DNA of 64,000 nt from Chiloscyllium plagiosum (GCF_004010195.1 NC_057753.1:6940273-7004272); one strand, 5' to 3'. Positions 48,431-59,665 are shown, counted from the first letter of the stretch. Program-made: numbers and translations. Notes: generated by a model from the sequence alone, not told the origin.

Positions 48431-50264
48431 TCCTCTTAATGTACCACTGCATACAGAAATACTGAGCTGATAATTAAGTTTTGAGAAGATAAATTGCACA
48501 AGAATATCTGGACTTCATTTGTTTCAACATTTCGATCAACTCACGATAGGCCTTCACTATTCTCCTCATGATTCTGAAACGGGTTACAATCTTTTCTATA
48601 GGTTATGCACTTCTTATGGCTCGATACAACGCTTGTATGCCATGGCAAATCAAGTACACATTAAAATACTTCTCAACAGTTATAAGTGTTTCGGCCTTCT
48701 GCACTTACAGACAGTGAGTTCCATTTTCACACTATCCTCTTGAGTGATTATTTACCTCACATTTCCTATAACCCTCCTGTTATTTGCTTTCTGTCCATCC
48801 TCCAGACCCCGTCACGGATTCCTCCTCCAAAGGGAATATTTCCTTCCTGTCTTTGCTGGCTATGTTCTTCGCATTATTATACTTGCGTTACTTTATACGT
48901 CCCCCTGAATCTTTTCTGCTCCAAGAAAACAAAGTAAGTCTACAAATCTATCTACATAATGTCAACTTTCAAATATTGGCACTGTTATGCTTGATCTTCT
49001 CTGAACCCTCTTCGATACCACAAGATCCGTCCAATACTTTCCAGAACTCTAACTGTGGTCTCGGCATTTTCTTTGCACTTCTCTAGGAAGCTGTTGTTTT
49101 TTATTTCTTTCACAAAGAAAGTTCCCAACATGTGTAACTGGCTACGCTTCAGGATGCTAAAGTAAAATGTCATCATTTACAAACTGTACTTGAATCAAGG
49201 GATAAGAGAGAAGGGCAGTGCAATGAATGTTCGATCATCTGTGATGCCATTGAATGAAATAATAGACTCGAGGGAACGAACATCTTATTCCTGCTCAGAT
49301 TGATTATGGTCTTATGGAACAGAGCGAACTTTCAAGACTGAGAAAAGAAAATCGGGAGAAATTGAATGAGTGCGTGTTTGGTGGGACAATAAACATCTTC
49401 TGCGATGTATCCCTATTGAATTTATTCTATTATCCAATGAAGTTTCGAAAAGGGTTGTGAGAGGTCGTGTGCATGACACGTCAACGTGGATTCGAAGGAT
49501 ATTCGATGAAACGTCACACAAAGTCATATTGAACAAAAGTGAAGCCCTTGCAATTGAAAGGGCAGTGAGATGGGAAGTTTCAATTTTTAAACTTTTATAA
49601 TTGACTTTGACATTTGTGGAGAATATTTGGGCATTTGAATGAAATCGTAGGTAACTGAAATACTGGAAAACTCAAGTATGGCATCAGGTAACTGAAAGTT
49701 TGCACTGCCGAAAAGTACAGCACTTCAGTGAACTCTCAGTTTGAGCAGGGAATGGAAGATTTAATCGTAAGCATGCGAGTTATACTTAAACGTTTCTAAA
49801 ACTTCCAACATCACATGATATCACATAATTGACTCTCTGGAGACCCGATGTGTTTATAATTGCAAAGACGTTGGTCGCTCAGCAGCCACAGACTTTCAGA
49901 AAATACAGCAGTCATTGATTCTCGGATATGGGGAAACCAGTAATTTTGCTCTTGAATGAAATATGCTATCCGATTCTTGCATTTTTTTGTATTTCAGGTG
50001 AGTCATTCGATCCTTTGTGCTTTCAGTCAGTGTATTATTTTTTCATTGATAATGCCCTGTTGCATAAAATCCTTTACCGATGTCAACATTTTATAATATA
50101 ATGTTACCACGACAAATTCAAGAACGGTCTGCAGACACTTTCCAGACTTTACCTTCCTTAAACGTTCTAATAACGTAATAAAAATGTTCTGTGCAATTTT
50201 CTTTTTCCTTAATACTTTCCCTGTTACTAAAGCACACTGAATAACAACTCTACCAGCAATGGCA

Positions 50265-50625
50265 AGACACCGCCGCTCAGAGTTTAGCACTGATGCCTCA
50301 TACAACCAGCGTCCCGAGCTTGATTCTACCTCCTGGTAACCGCCTCTATGAAATTTGCCCGTTCTCCTCGTGTCTGTGTGAGTTTTCGTCGGGTCTCTAG
50401 TTGTTTCCCACCATTCAAAACTGTGCATGTTAATTGGATTGGCAAAGTGAAATTGCAAGAAGTGGTCAAGGATGTGTACCGTAGGTGCTTTAGATATCAT
50501 AAATGCAGGGTTACGGGGGCTGGGGGACGGAGGGGATGTCCCGAGGGGATGTGTCTGGATGGGCTGCTCATCAGATGGTCGTTGTGGACGTGTTGGAAAG
50601 AATACACTATTTTCACACAGTAAGG
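50265..50625 (+). mobile_element. Old degenerate HE1-like V-SINE in the intron of gene C
   Basis: GTTTAGCACTGATGCCTCA..TTTGCCCGTTCTCCTCGTGTCTGTGTGAGTTT resembles the SINE at 35930-36242. Confidence 0.75.
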
Positions 50626-50714
50626 ACTTAACAAATCTGTATTTGAATTGAGTTCAAATAGTTATGAAGAATCTTCACCTGTATTTCAATCATGCATTGG
50701 TATAAAACTGAGGG

Positions 50715-51060
50715 TTGGGTGATGGACTAGTGATATATTCGCTGGACTACTAATGCAGGGAACCAAATGATGCTCTGGAGACCTGCTCTCGAATTCTGCT
50801 AGGTTAGGGGTGGAACTTGAATTTCATAAGAAATCAAGAATTAATCCAATGACGGTCAAGAATGCATTGCTGATTGTCAGAAGAAAAAAAACAACATACT
50901 TAGGTCACTAACATCCTTTAAAGAAAAGAATTGCCACTTTTTCATTGTCTAACTGACATAAGACTGCAGATGCTTAATAATGTAGTTCGTTCTTTGTTGC
51001 GCTCTGGGGAATTAGAAATGGGCAATGAATGCCCCTCCAGGTAGTGACACTGACATTCAA
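50715..51060 (+). mobile_element. Degenerate tRNA-headed SINE (SacSINE/DeuSINE-like) in the intron of gene C
   Basis: Head GTGATGGACTAGTG..CTGGACTACTAAT, ..GGTCACTAACATCCTTTA.. and tail GGGAATTAGAAATGGGCAATGAATG, resembling recalled shark Deu-domain SINEs. Confidence 0.5.
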
Positions 51061-52119
51061 TACATAACTTTTTTTAAAGTACTTACTTTCTCTTTGTCCT
51101 TTGCAGCGAATTCGATGACGATTTTTATTCTGTTGCGAGGAAACTGCGGCCTTTCCAAGTGCATATCTGCTTACATGATTGGGATGGCAACATCAGATCT
51201 ATTGACCATTATCATTAATGCTCTGGTGTATCGCATTTTGAGTTATTATTTTCCATTTTCCTTCTTGTCTCACACACCTGTGTGTTTATTCAATACCTAC
51301 ATGAGTGCTATTACTCTCGATTTAAGTGTTTGGTTCACCGTTTCTTTCACATATGACAGATTTGTGATGATCTGCTGTAAGGAGTTGAAAAGAAAGTATT
51401 GCACTAAAAGAACCGCGACCATTGTATTAATAATCATCTCAGTCCTGATCTCGCTGAAGAATATTCCGCTTTTGTTTGCATATGAGCCTGAGAAGAACGT
51501 TCAAAATGTCCCGTGGGGTTGTCGATCAAGGGGAACTTTCTTTGCTTCACCTCTTGGGATGACGTTTGTCTGGGTTTACTACGCCTCTGTTGCCTGGATT
51601 CCATTTCTCCTAATATTCATATTTAATTCCTTAACCGTCCACCGCATTGTTGTGGCGAATAGAACACGTATTGGACTCCAGGGACACAAAACAGAGACTC
51701 GTAGAAATTCGGAGATGGAGAACCGGAGGAAATCCATGATTTTATTATTCTCTGTCAATAAGCTTCATCGTGCTTTGGTTGACATACTCCCTGTGTTTGG
51801 TAATCACCAGAGTGTCACATCCTAATTATTACCGAGGTGACTTGACAAACCCTGAATACATCGCAACGGAAACGGGAAATGTCCTGAAGCTGCTGAGTTG
51901 TTTTCTTAATCCATGTATTTATATAGCAACACAGAACAAATTCAGAGAACACCTGAAGAATATAGTGAAATCCATATGTAAACAAACCCTCAGATTATAT
52001 TAAAGAATGATCAAAGTAAATCTACTTTGTCAGGACAACAACATAGCTGAGAGAGCATTTCACATATATCAAAAAAAAAACAATACATTTCACTTCGACT
52101 CTAGTACTGTACACAATGT

Positions 52120-53938
52120 TATTTTTTTACTTTAACTATTGCTTGAAATAGTTTTCACAGATTACTGCACGGGATAAATATTTTCTGTGTTGCTGAGTTA
52201 AATTGAGCAGGAAGGTTTACCACGTTGGAACAAGTTGGGGGCCAGTCATCGGGATTTGAACTGGTTTAGACAGACTTGAATACATTTAGGGGTGCAAAAA
52301 GTCCAGTAGATTTAAGCACTTGCAGGTTAGTGTCTTAGATCTTTTAATTAAAACTTAGTTGAGACAATTTATTTCCTTTCAGTGCCTTGTGGTTGATTAA
52401 ATTAAAAGTGAGAGACATTGCTCTTAAAATTGCTAAAGAGGTTTTGTGAATGGACGGGAATTCTCAAATTTTCCAAGAAAGTTTAGAAGGAAAAAAAAAG
52501 GCCATACCTTCAGATTTACCAAGTAAGGTAGGTTTGGGTTTAACCAAGGATAAAAGTCAAGTTCAAATTGTAAGAGAGTTACTCAAGGACTTGGTGTGCC
52601 AGAGAATCAGGCAAGTGCAGTGGAGGAGAAAAACTTACATTGAAATTAAGGAAAATGGAGTTAGAAGATAAACAGATGGAGAGGGGAAAGAGAAAAGGAC
52701 AGAGAACGAAAGAGAGAGAGAGAGAGGGAGAGAGAGAGAGAGAAGGTTCTTAGTTGAGCAAAGAGAGAGAAGAAAGGGAGAGAGAAAGAGATAATGTTGA
52801 AATTTAGAAGTGAAGAAATAGTCAGTACACTCAAGTTAACAGGATGGAAATTAGAAGAGAAGGCAGCGATATATATGTACATATATATGTCAAACTATGC
52901 CACATTTTGATGAGAAAAATGTTGAAGTCTTCTTTACTTCATTTCAAAAATTGTCTAGGCAGATGGAGTGGTCCGAGGATTAATGGGTAATGCTAGTTCA
53001 GACTAAATTGGTCGACAGACCTCGTGAGGCATGTACTGCACTGTCAGATGAGGGGTCAATAGATTATGTCGAGGTTAAACTGGCTATGCTAAGTGCTTTT
53101 GAATTGGCACCAGAAGACTATAGTCAGCAGTTAAGAAACAGGGAAGACTTACGTTGATTTCGACAGAATTAAACATAGTAATTTTGAACAATGGGTGCAT
53201 ACTTTGAAAATGGATATACCTTTGAGGCTCTAAGAGAGATTATTCCTCTGGTGGAGTTTCAAAACGCAGCGCCAGAGATGGTATGAATTAACGTGGAGGA
53301 ACAGAAAGTTCAGGACGTGAGAAGGGTAATAGAATTAGCAGATGAGTCCATATTGTTGCATAAGACAAGCCTCTAGCCAGAATTTCTTCCTGTCAGGGAT
53401 AGAATTTGGGAGAAGGTGAGATCCTAGACACTAAACCAAAAGTAGAGAGCACTGGTAAGAATTTACCACTGGATAGAAACGAAGCTCAAGGGGTTGAAAG
53501 GAGGTGAAAGGTCTCAGATACTTCCACTGTAGTAAGGTGGGACACGTAATTTCACACTAGCCTTGAAAGCAAGACGATGTGAGAAAACATGAGGTCAAAG
53601 AAACTAAGCTAATGGCATTAGTGAGGGTAGTAGAGGCTACCACAAGAAAAGCTGAGCAGCTGCAGGACAGTGCACAGCCTAGGCAGGGGCTTGGTATGGA
53701 GTTAGGATATTCAAAAACAAGTCCCATCTGTGGATAAAGTATACTCTGAATGAATGGGAGAGAAGGACAAGAAGTTATAATTTTGAGAGATACAGGATCT
53801 AACCAGTCGCTGATAGAAAGGGACGAACGAATATGCACTCTTTATAATATGTTACCCGAGTGTATTGTAATTTGTGGGACAGATGGACAGAAATGTCACG
53901 TTCCTCTGGGTAAGATCAGGTTGGAGTGCCAACTCAAG
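52120..53938 (+). mobile_element. Gmr1-like Gypsy 5' half: LTR U5 remnant (to 52232), PBS, gag, protease
   Basis: ..CACGTTGGAACA then TGGGGGCCAGTCATCGGGAT (Pro-like PBS); gag with (GA)n coil, PHFDEKNVEVFFTSF, EALREIIPLVEF..AIELADE; protease EVIILRDTGSNQSLI. Collinear with the minus element at 43100-45100. Confidence 0.88.
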
Positions 53939-55065
53939 ATACATCTGGGATCTCTCTGGATGTTGGGCCAGTACTGAAGATCCAAGGACGATATTCAGAG
54001 TGCAATGACGAAGGTTCGTCGATCCTTGAATGAAATTCCAATAGTTGAGTCTGAAATAAAGATAAAAAAAAGTGGTGAGCTGACGATTAATGGTGATGTT
54101 CAGGTGATTCCAACGCAAAAACGTTTGATGGAAATAGGGATGTATGCAACCCAGGGTGCCCTTAGCACAAGGTCTTCTTAAAAGGATGAAAATGGATCAC
54201 CCTTGCGAGGGTTCCTACTAGATGTGGATTTCTTTATTGCAACTATATTAATCAAAATAGCTTTGTGTTATATGGTACTTCAAGAAGACGAGAAGAAACT
54301 GATTTTTTTTTCCATGCAGAAGCCATGCTGATCATTTTACACATTGGTCAATCATCACTCCCAAAGGAATCAATTACCAGCGATGATATGGATCGTATTT
54401 CACTGTGTCTTAAAGTCGTTACAGAATGTTTCCCAGTGATGAACAACACCTTTAACAAAGAGTGCAGAAAAGAATCTCTCTCAAATGCAATCAGCGAAAC
54501 TTGAAGAGGAAAATATTTCTCAAAAGAAACAATCTGAAAAAAACAATGTATTGGTACAAGCAGACGATCCCATTTCCTTTATACAGCTAATGGCCAAGAA
54601 TGAGATGACCTCTAAGGATTAGTTTATTGGCAAATCTGATCCTTTAGCATGCAATCTCAGCAAGGTTACACAACTGACTGGTTTATCTGATCTAGTGTAT
54701 GCAGAAGCCTATGTGCATGTTGATCAATATGATATTGTACTTAATGTACTTGTGGTCAATCAATCAATGACTCACTTAAGAACTGTACTCTGGAATTTGC
54801 CACGTTTGGTGATCTAAAACCGATTAAAATCCTTCACTTCTAATCTTTGTACCACATGATTTTGCTAACATTAAGGCCAATGTGAAAATAGTGTTAGAAG
54901 AAAATGGCATTATTTTTGCTAATATAGTGTATGACATATCTGTGGCTGCCAGTGATCGAAACTGTGTGGTACTGAGTGACATTCACATTGATATCATGGA
55001 CTATATATAGCTTACCGTGTGCACTGATGCAGAATTTCGTCGGATGTGGCTGAGTTTTAGTGGAG
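53936..55065 (+). pseudogene. COPB1: Processed (intronless) fragment of coatomer subunit beta, degenerate
   Basis: [178 protein letters not shown]: collinear with recalled COPB1, no introns, several stops and frameshifts. Confidence 0.93.
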
Positions 55066-55476
55066 GAGAACTGCCAAACTACCAGCATGTAAAGACCGGC
55101 TTTAAAAATGTCTCTTAACGGTACCTTTATCGCTTAGTAACCTGTGAAGCTGAATCCCCAAGAAGAATAGAAGATGAGAATGCAGAGAAGAAACGAAAGT
55201 TGCCTGGTTTTGAGATAAGAAGCTTTGTTTTATAAATGTTAATCCGTGGTTTTATCCAACTTGTACTGTAGAACGTGAAGCTAAAAGATAGGTTCGAGAA
55301 TGGAGTTGTAAATAGTTGTTAGTTAATTATTCTCTGTTATGCTTTAAAAACAAATTTGTTAACTTTTACTTTAACTAGTTCTTGGCCACTCGAATTTTCA
55401 AAAAATACTTCACAGATTAAAACTTTTATGCGTTGCGGGATTTAAATTACAGAGTTGTTTAACCCATATTGGAACA
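55061..55476 (+). mobile_element. 3' LTR (R-U5-like portion) of the same Gmr1-like family
   Basis: Starts TGGAGGAGAACTGCCAAA, matching the reverse complement of 45427-45410 inside the full LTR; ends CCCATATTGGAACA, like the 5' remnant ending at 52232. Confidence 0.8.
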
Positions 55477-55799
55477 ATATACAAATATATAAAACAAGTT
55501 GTCAGCTAGCATTACTTAGACTTTTTACTGGACATTTCTTCCTGCATTATTTTCTGTTTTCATGACTTACCTTTGTCTTATAAATTTTGGCATATTTCTT
55601 CAAAGTTAACAAATTTAACTTTTTTGGATTAATGCTAAAATAAAGTTAGATGGACCACATGAGTGATGGTCTGACACATGAATTAACACAAAGGAATCTC
55701 TTACAGGAAACACAAAGCATCACACACGGTGATCCAATGCAGCAGGTTTTGTTTCTTGTATTTAGATTGAAACGAAACAAAGATTGCATTCTTGCTTGA

Positions 55800-55935
55800 N
55801 NNNNNNNNNNNNNNNNNNNNNNNNNNNNNNNNNNNNNNNNNNNNNNNNNNNNNNNNNNNNNNNNNNNNNNNNNNNNNNNNNNNNNNNNNNNNNNNNNNNN
55901 NNNNNNNNNNNNNNNNNNNNNNNNNNNNNNNNNNN
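55800..55935. other. Assembly gap (136 N)
   Basis: Run of N. Confidence 1.
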
Positions 55936-56253
55936 GACCCGATGACTGATCACAATTCCTCTTTGGCAATGAAGGTGGTGAACTTGCAACAGGATGGATT
56001 TTTCAGTAACGGATTGGAGGTTTATGGGAAAAGGCAAGCAGAGTGGGATTGAGGATCAGCCATGTTCTCATTGAAGAGTGGAACACAATTTGTGGCCGAA
56101 TAGCGTACTTCTTTATCGATATGTTATGATGTAATTGTTTTCTGGTGATTGATGTTCCAAGGAGAAAACAAAACTTCCGAACTAGACCCAGCCATATGAT
56201 AGATCACTTCTTTTGCTGAAGCGGTTTCTTCACATCGTGGTCTTATTTTTAAA

Positions 56254-56326
56254 GTTTTTGCGTTGGAATCACCTGAACATCACCATTAATCGTCAGCTCA
56301 CCACTTTTTTTATCTTTATCTCAGAC
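56254..56326 (-). repeat. 73-bp inverted near-identical copy of 54049-54122 (COPB1 pseudogene segment)
   Basis: Reverse complement GTCTGAGATAAAGATAAAAAAAGTGGTGAGCTGACGATTAATGGTGATGTTCAGGTGATTCCAACGCAAAAAC; one substitution and one A-run indel versus the source. Confidence 0.93.
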
Positions 56327-57179
56327 ATATTTTCATTGTGAAGGCAACATTTTCTCAGAGTAATAAAAAGAAAGCTATGTTGCAGAGCTTTTCCTGTTGT
56401 GGTGTTTGTTAAACGTTAACATTCCAGTTCCTTGTTTTTATTGTGTTTGTTTATGTCTTCATAGGTTTACAAAGTATGATTCCACACTGTCGCAGCTGAG
56501 GTATATGCACAAGCAAAGCGATTCCGTTGCTGTTGCAACATTTGTATCATGGATGGAACTACACACTCAGCCGAAATATGTATTTGCGTTAAATTGTTAA
56601 CTAAGTTGATCTTTCAAGCTTTTTTCTCAGAACGTGAGCAGACAAAATTGATCTGCAACTTGGAGACAGCATCGCAGCTCTTATTCTTAATAAGGAGCCA
56701 TATATGAACGAGCTCAATACGATACCAAAATCAAATGCGCCAGTTCGAAATCATAATAAAAAATCAAAGACGTTTCCTGTCACAAACGTGGATGCACTCC
56801 AGGATATTTTAAATCAATATAGAACATTATTATACCTCATAATAACATAATGAGACTTCATGCGGGACAACTTCTAAAAGGAAAGAAGTTGAAGAAAAGT
56901 TTTTTTTTGCGATTCTGGTAATAATATAATACAGAATAAAGCATTGCTTATTAACCAATAGGAAACGGTGATTTAAAAAAAAACGATAAAGCACAAAGGC
57001 GTGATGCCTAAACATTCAGTAATAAGTTCATTCATGAATCGTACATTCATGGAAACATCGAAAGTAATTGCAGGTATAGGTTGGTCAGCTCATGATGTCC
57101 ATATTCAGTATATTCATTGTTGCAGCACAGTAGTAAAAGCGTCTGATAATTAAATCAAATACCCCGAAAAGCTCATTTC

Positions 57180-57890
57180 GCCTCTTAATCTGTTAAAATA
57201 TGAATGACAGAGAAGTCCCAAATTCCACTATTTAAATAAACTTAAATCAATTTATGTTTGAACTCTAAAAGTCAACCTTAAACAGCAGCTATTCACATGT
57301 CTTACTACACCCCTCCCTTTCTTTTAACTTCTCATTACCTGCCTTCATCTCAATCACAATATGCTGTTCCAATAAGACACTTATTAAAATTGTATCAACT
57401 TAATTTCAAAACCAAACAGCCGCTGCCATCTTCTGTGAATTCACTGTCTGGCTGCTGAATTCCCTGAGTTGTCTGCTTACTTTTTGCTGTGAGTATGTTT
57501 CAGGTGAAGAGGTACCTTTGATCGAAAGTGTTTCCTAATTTCTTGGGACATTCTTGATGGCAGTTGCTCTGTTTGTAATTTTCACAATATACATATTTTT
57601 ACGTCACTAACATCTGATCATCTCATTGGTTTGATGTTGGCAAAACAATAAATTGAAATTCGAATGGGTTTTTGTGCCCTTGGTCGTAATTTAAACTAAA
57701 AGTCGAATTGTTGCAAAAACATCAACCAAAAGTCAGGTATCCATTTCACAGACAAACGTCACACATTTTCAATTTTCCAATACACTCGGTGTCTGTCATT
57801 TAGCCATATACACGGGTGATTGTAAGTTCCCCTCTCAGAACAGTATTCACTCTCTGTTACAGTTACAGTACAAGCCTTCAACTACTGAAC
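57180..57890 (-). mobile_element. Probable solo LTR related to the Gmr1-like LTRs
   Basis: Shares the blocks TAATCTGTTAAAAT, TGGCAGTT, CTCATTGGTTT..TGTTG and TAATTTAAACT with the LTR at 45007-45712; boundaries approximate. Confidence 0.45.
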
Positions 57891-58914
57891 ACTATTGCTG
57901 ATTGTCTGTCTCAGTACCCTTTTTCTACATTCTCGCTCCATCGTTTGAGGCCTGGAGTCATCGGAAATATGCAGAATACGTCTTGAAGACATTTAATACT
58001 ATGGCGTCATTCAATTTCTGCAGCAGTAGCTCCTCAGGTTCACCAGAGTCCGAATGAAAAGCCGTCTCCTCATTCGAGTACTAAATCATTGCGCCCATGC
58101 TCTTGGACTGTCACCCAGGATTCCAATTCGCAGTTACATGGCGAGAAATGTAATTCAGCTTATTTTATTCTCAATCACAAAGCAATATTTTCTGCTCTGA
58201 ATCCAAACATTAAATATTTGGTTCAATGAGAGTATGTCACTGACCGAGACTGAAAATTTGGTGCCCTGTGTTCTTTAGCTGCTGCAATTTTTGTGGTAAC
58301 AACAGGTGCGCTTTTCGGGTGATTATGATGTGGGATGGTGACTTATGGTTGCTTGTCCAGCTTTAGTCAAACAGACATAATGAAAAGCGGACGTTTGCAC
58401 TTAGCGGTAGTGCCCACCGAGCGACTTCTTGCAAACTACTCATTGCAGATCTATTTCCAACATTGCTGAAATCCTAAAATTTAGGATTTTAAACCTAAAT
58501 TATGTGATATCTGGCCAATTCTCAACCGGATTTTTGCTTTCTGTAATCTTCTTGCACGGCTCACAAACAAAACTTTACACTTTACTTCAGTACACGGGTC
58601 TACGAAAAACTAAATTAAATCAATTGAATTTTATCCAGTTGAATCATTTATATCAGTTCTGCAAAATTCAGAGAGATTTGGAATTTGCAGCTCACTCTTA
58701 TTATGGATACTTCTTACTTTGTAACTACTGAAGTGTCAGCTCCCATATCTTTTCATTTTTAAGCTTTTTTTCCCAGTAAATGAACCAAACTATTGAACAT
58801 TGCAGTGACTTTAATTAACTGCGCCGTTTAAACATAAATTTGCTGTGCATGGAATTGAGGGAAAAGTTGAGAGGATGGTGAACGAAATTCCAAATGTTGG
58901 TGTCACTAAACAAA

Positions 58915-59010
58915 AGATTCCTGAAGAAGGGCTTATGCCCGAAACGTCGATTCTCCTGTTCCTTGGATGCTGCCTGACCTGCTGTGCTTTTCCAGCAACA
59001 CATTTTCAGC
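58915..59010 (+). repeat. Penelope-derived half-MITE with a hammerhead-like core
   Basis: CTGAAGA-A-GGGC-TTAT-GCCC-GAAACGTC at 58921-58948 followed by GATTCTCCTGTTCCTTGGATGCTGCCTGACCTGCTG. Confidence 0.8.
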
Positions 59011-59359
59011 CCGTCACGAAACAAAAACTGAGATTTAATTGTACTTATTTAACAGCAATAAAAACGATGATTAACTTTCCAAAATTCTAGCACTGGAAAG
59101 CAAATGAGAATAATTATGAAAAACATAGAGGTCATGGCTTACATTTATTGGAACAGCATGCTATTAGCATTTTGTTTTATAGAGTATTGAGAAGGGATTT
59201 CTTCTGTTTATTAATAGTTTAGTTAATTTGTTCCCTATTAGAGCTAGATAAATAAATTGTTATTTGCTGATGATAAAGTAAGTGTCAGGGATTTATTTTA
59301 TTTTATCAATAGACGCTTCTGCATAGGTAAGTTGAATAACAATGACCTTTTTCGCCGAC

Positions 59360-59665
59360 AATAGTGAATTCAAATTTAGATGGTAAACTTTCTGTTGTGA
59401 GAAGAGAAATTTTAAAAGGAACCTGAGAGTAATCTTTTGACACAGAGGGTGTTTCGTATTATTAATTAGTTGTCAGATGAAATGGCAGATGCAGTTACAG
59501 GTAGAAGATTTGAAAGACATTTGCACACGTACATGATTAGTGAAGGTTTGGAGACATATGGGCCAAATGTAGACAAATGGGACGAGTTTAGTTTGGGAAA
59601 CTGGGTCGGTAAGGACTGTTAAATGGAAGGATCTGCTTCCATACTGTCTGACCCTCTGATTCTAA
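59360..59665 (+). mobile_element. Decayed CR1 3' end
   Basis: FKRNLRVIF.TQRV-like segment and tail CATACTGTCTGACCCTCTGATTCTA. Confidence 0.65.

Larger units (their letters stand above)
49928..52003 (+). pseudogene. GPR139-like class A GPCR, gene C (exon 1 49928-49997, exon 2 51107-52003); 2-bp frameshift in TM6 near 51757
   Basis: Exon 1 MGKPVILLLNEICYPILAFFCIS ends G|GTGAGT; acceptor TTTGCAG at 51100-51106; A-NSMTIFILLRGNCGLSK, TYDRFV, PWGC; frame switches at TCT GTC AATA AGC TTC; the second frame gives LWLTYSL..NPCIY. Adding 2 nt gives 323 codons collinear with gene B. Confidence 0.92.

Noticed and set aside
51025-51106. ATG-initiated N-terminus MNAPPGSDTD.. of the 266-aa ORF
   Set aside because: It lies in intronic SINE tail and polypyrimidine tract; the real N-terminus is the exon at 49928-49997.
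52071-52080. A10 run after gene C suggesting a retrogene
   Set aside because: Gene C retains the conserved intron, so it is not a processed copy.
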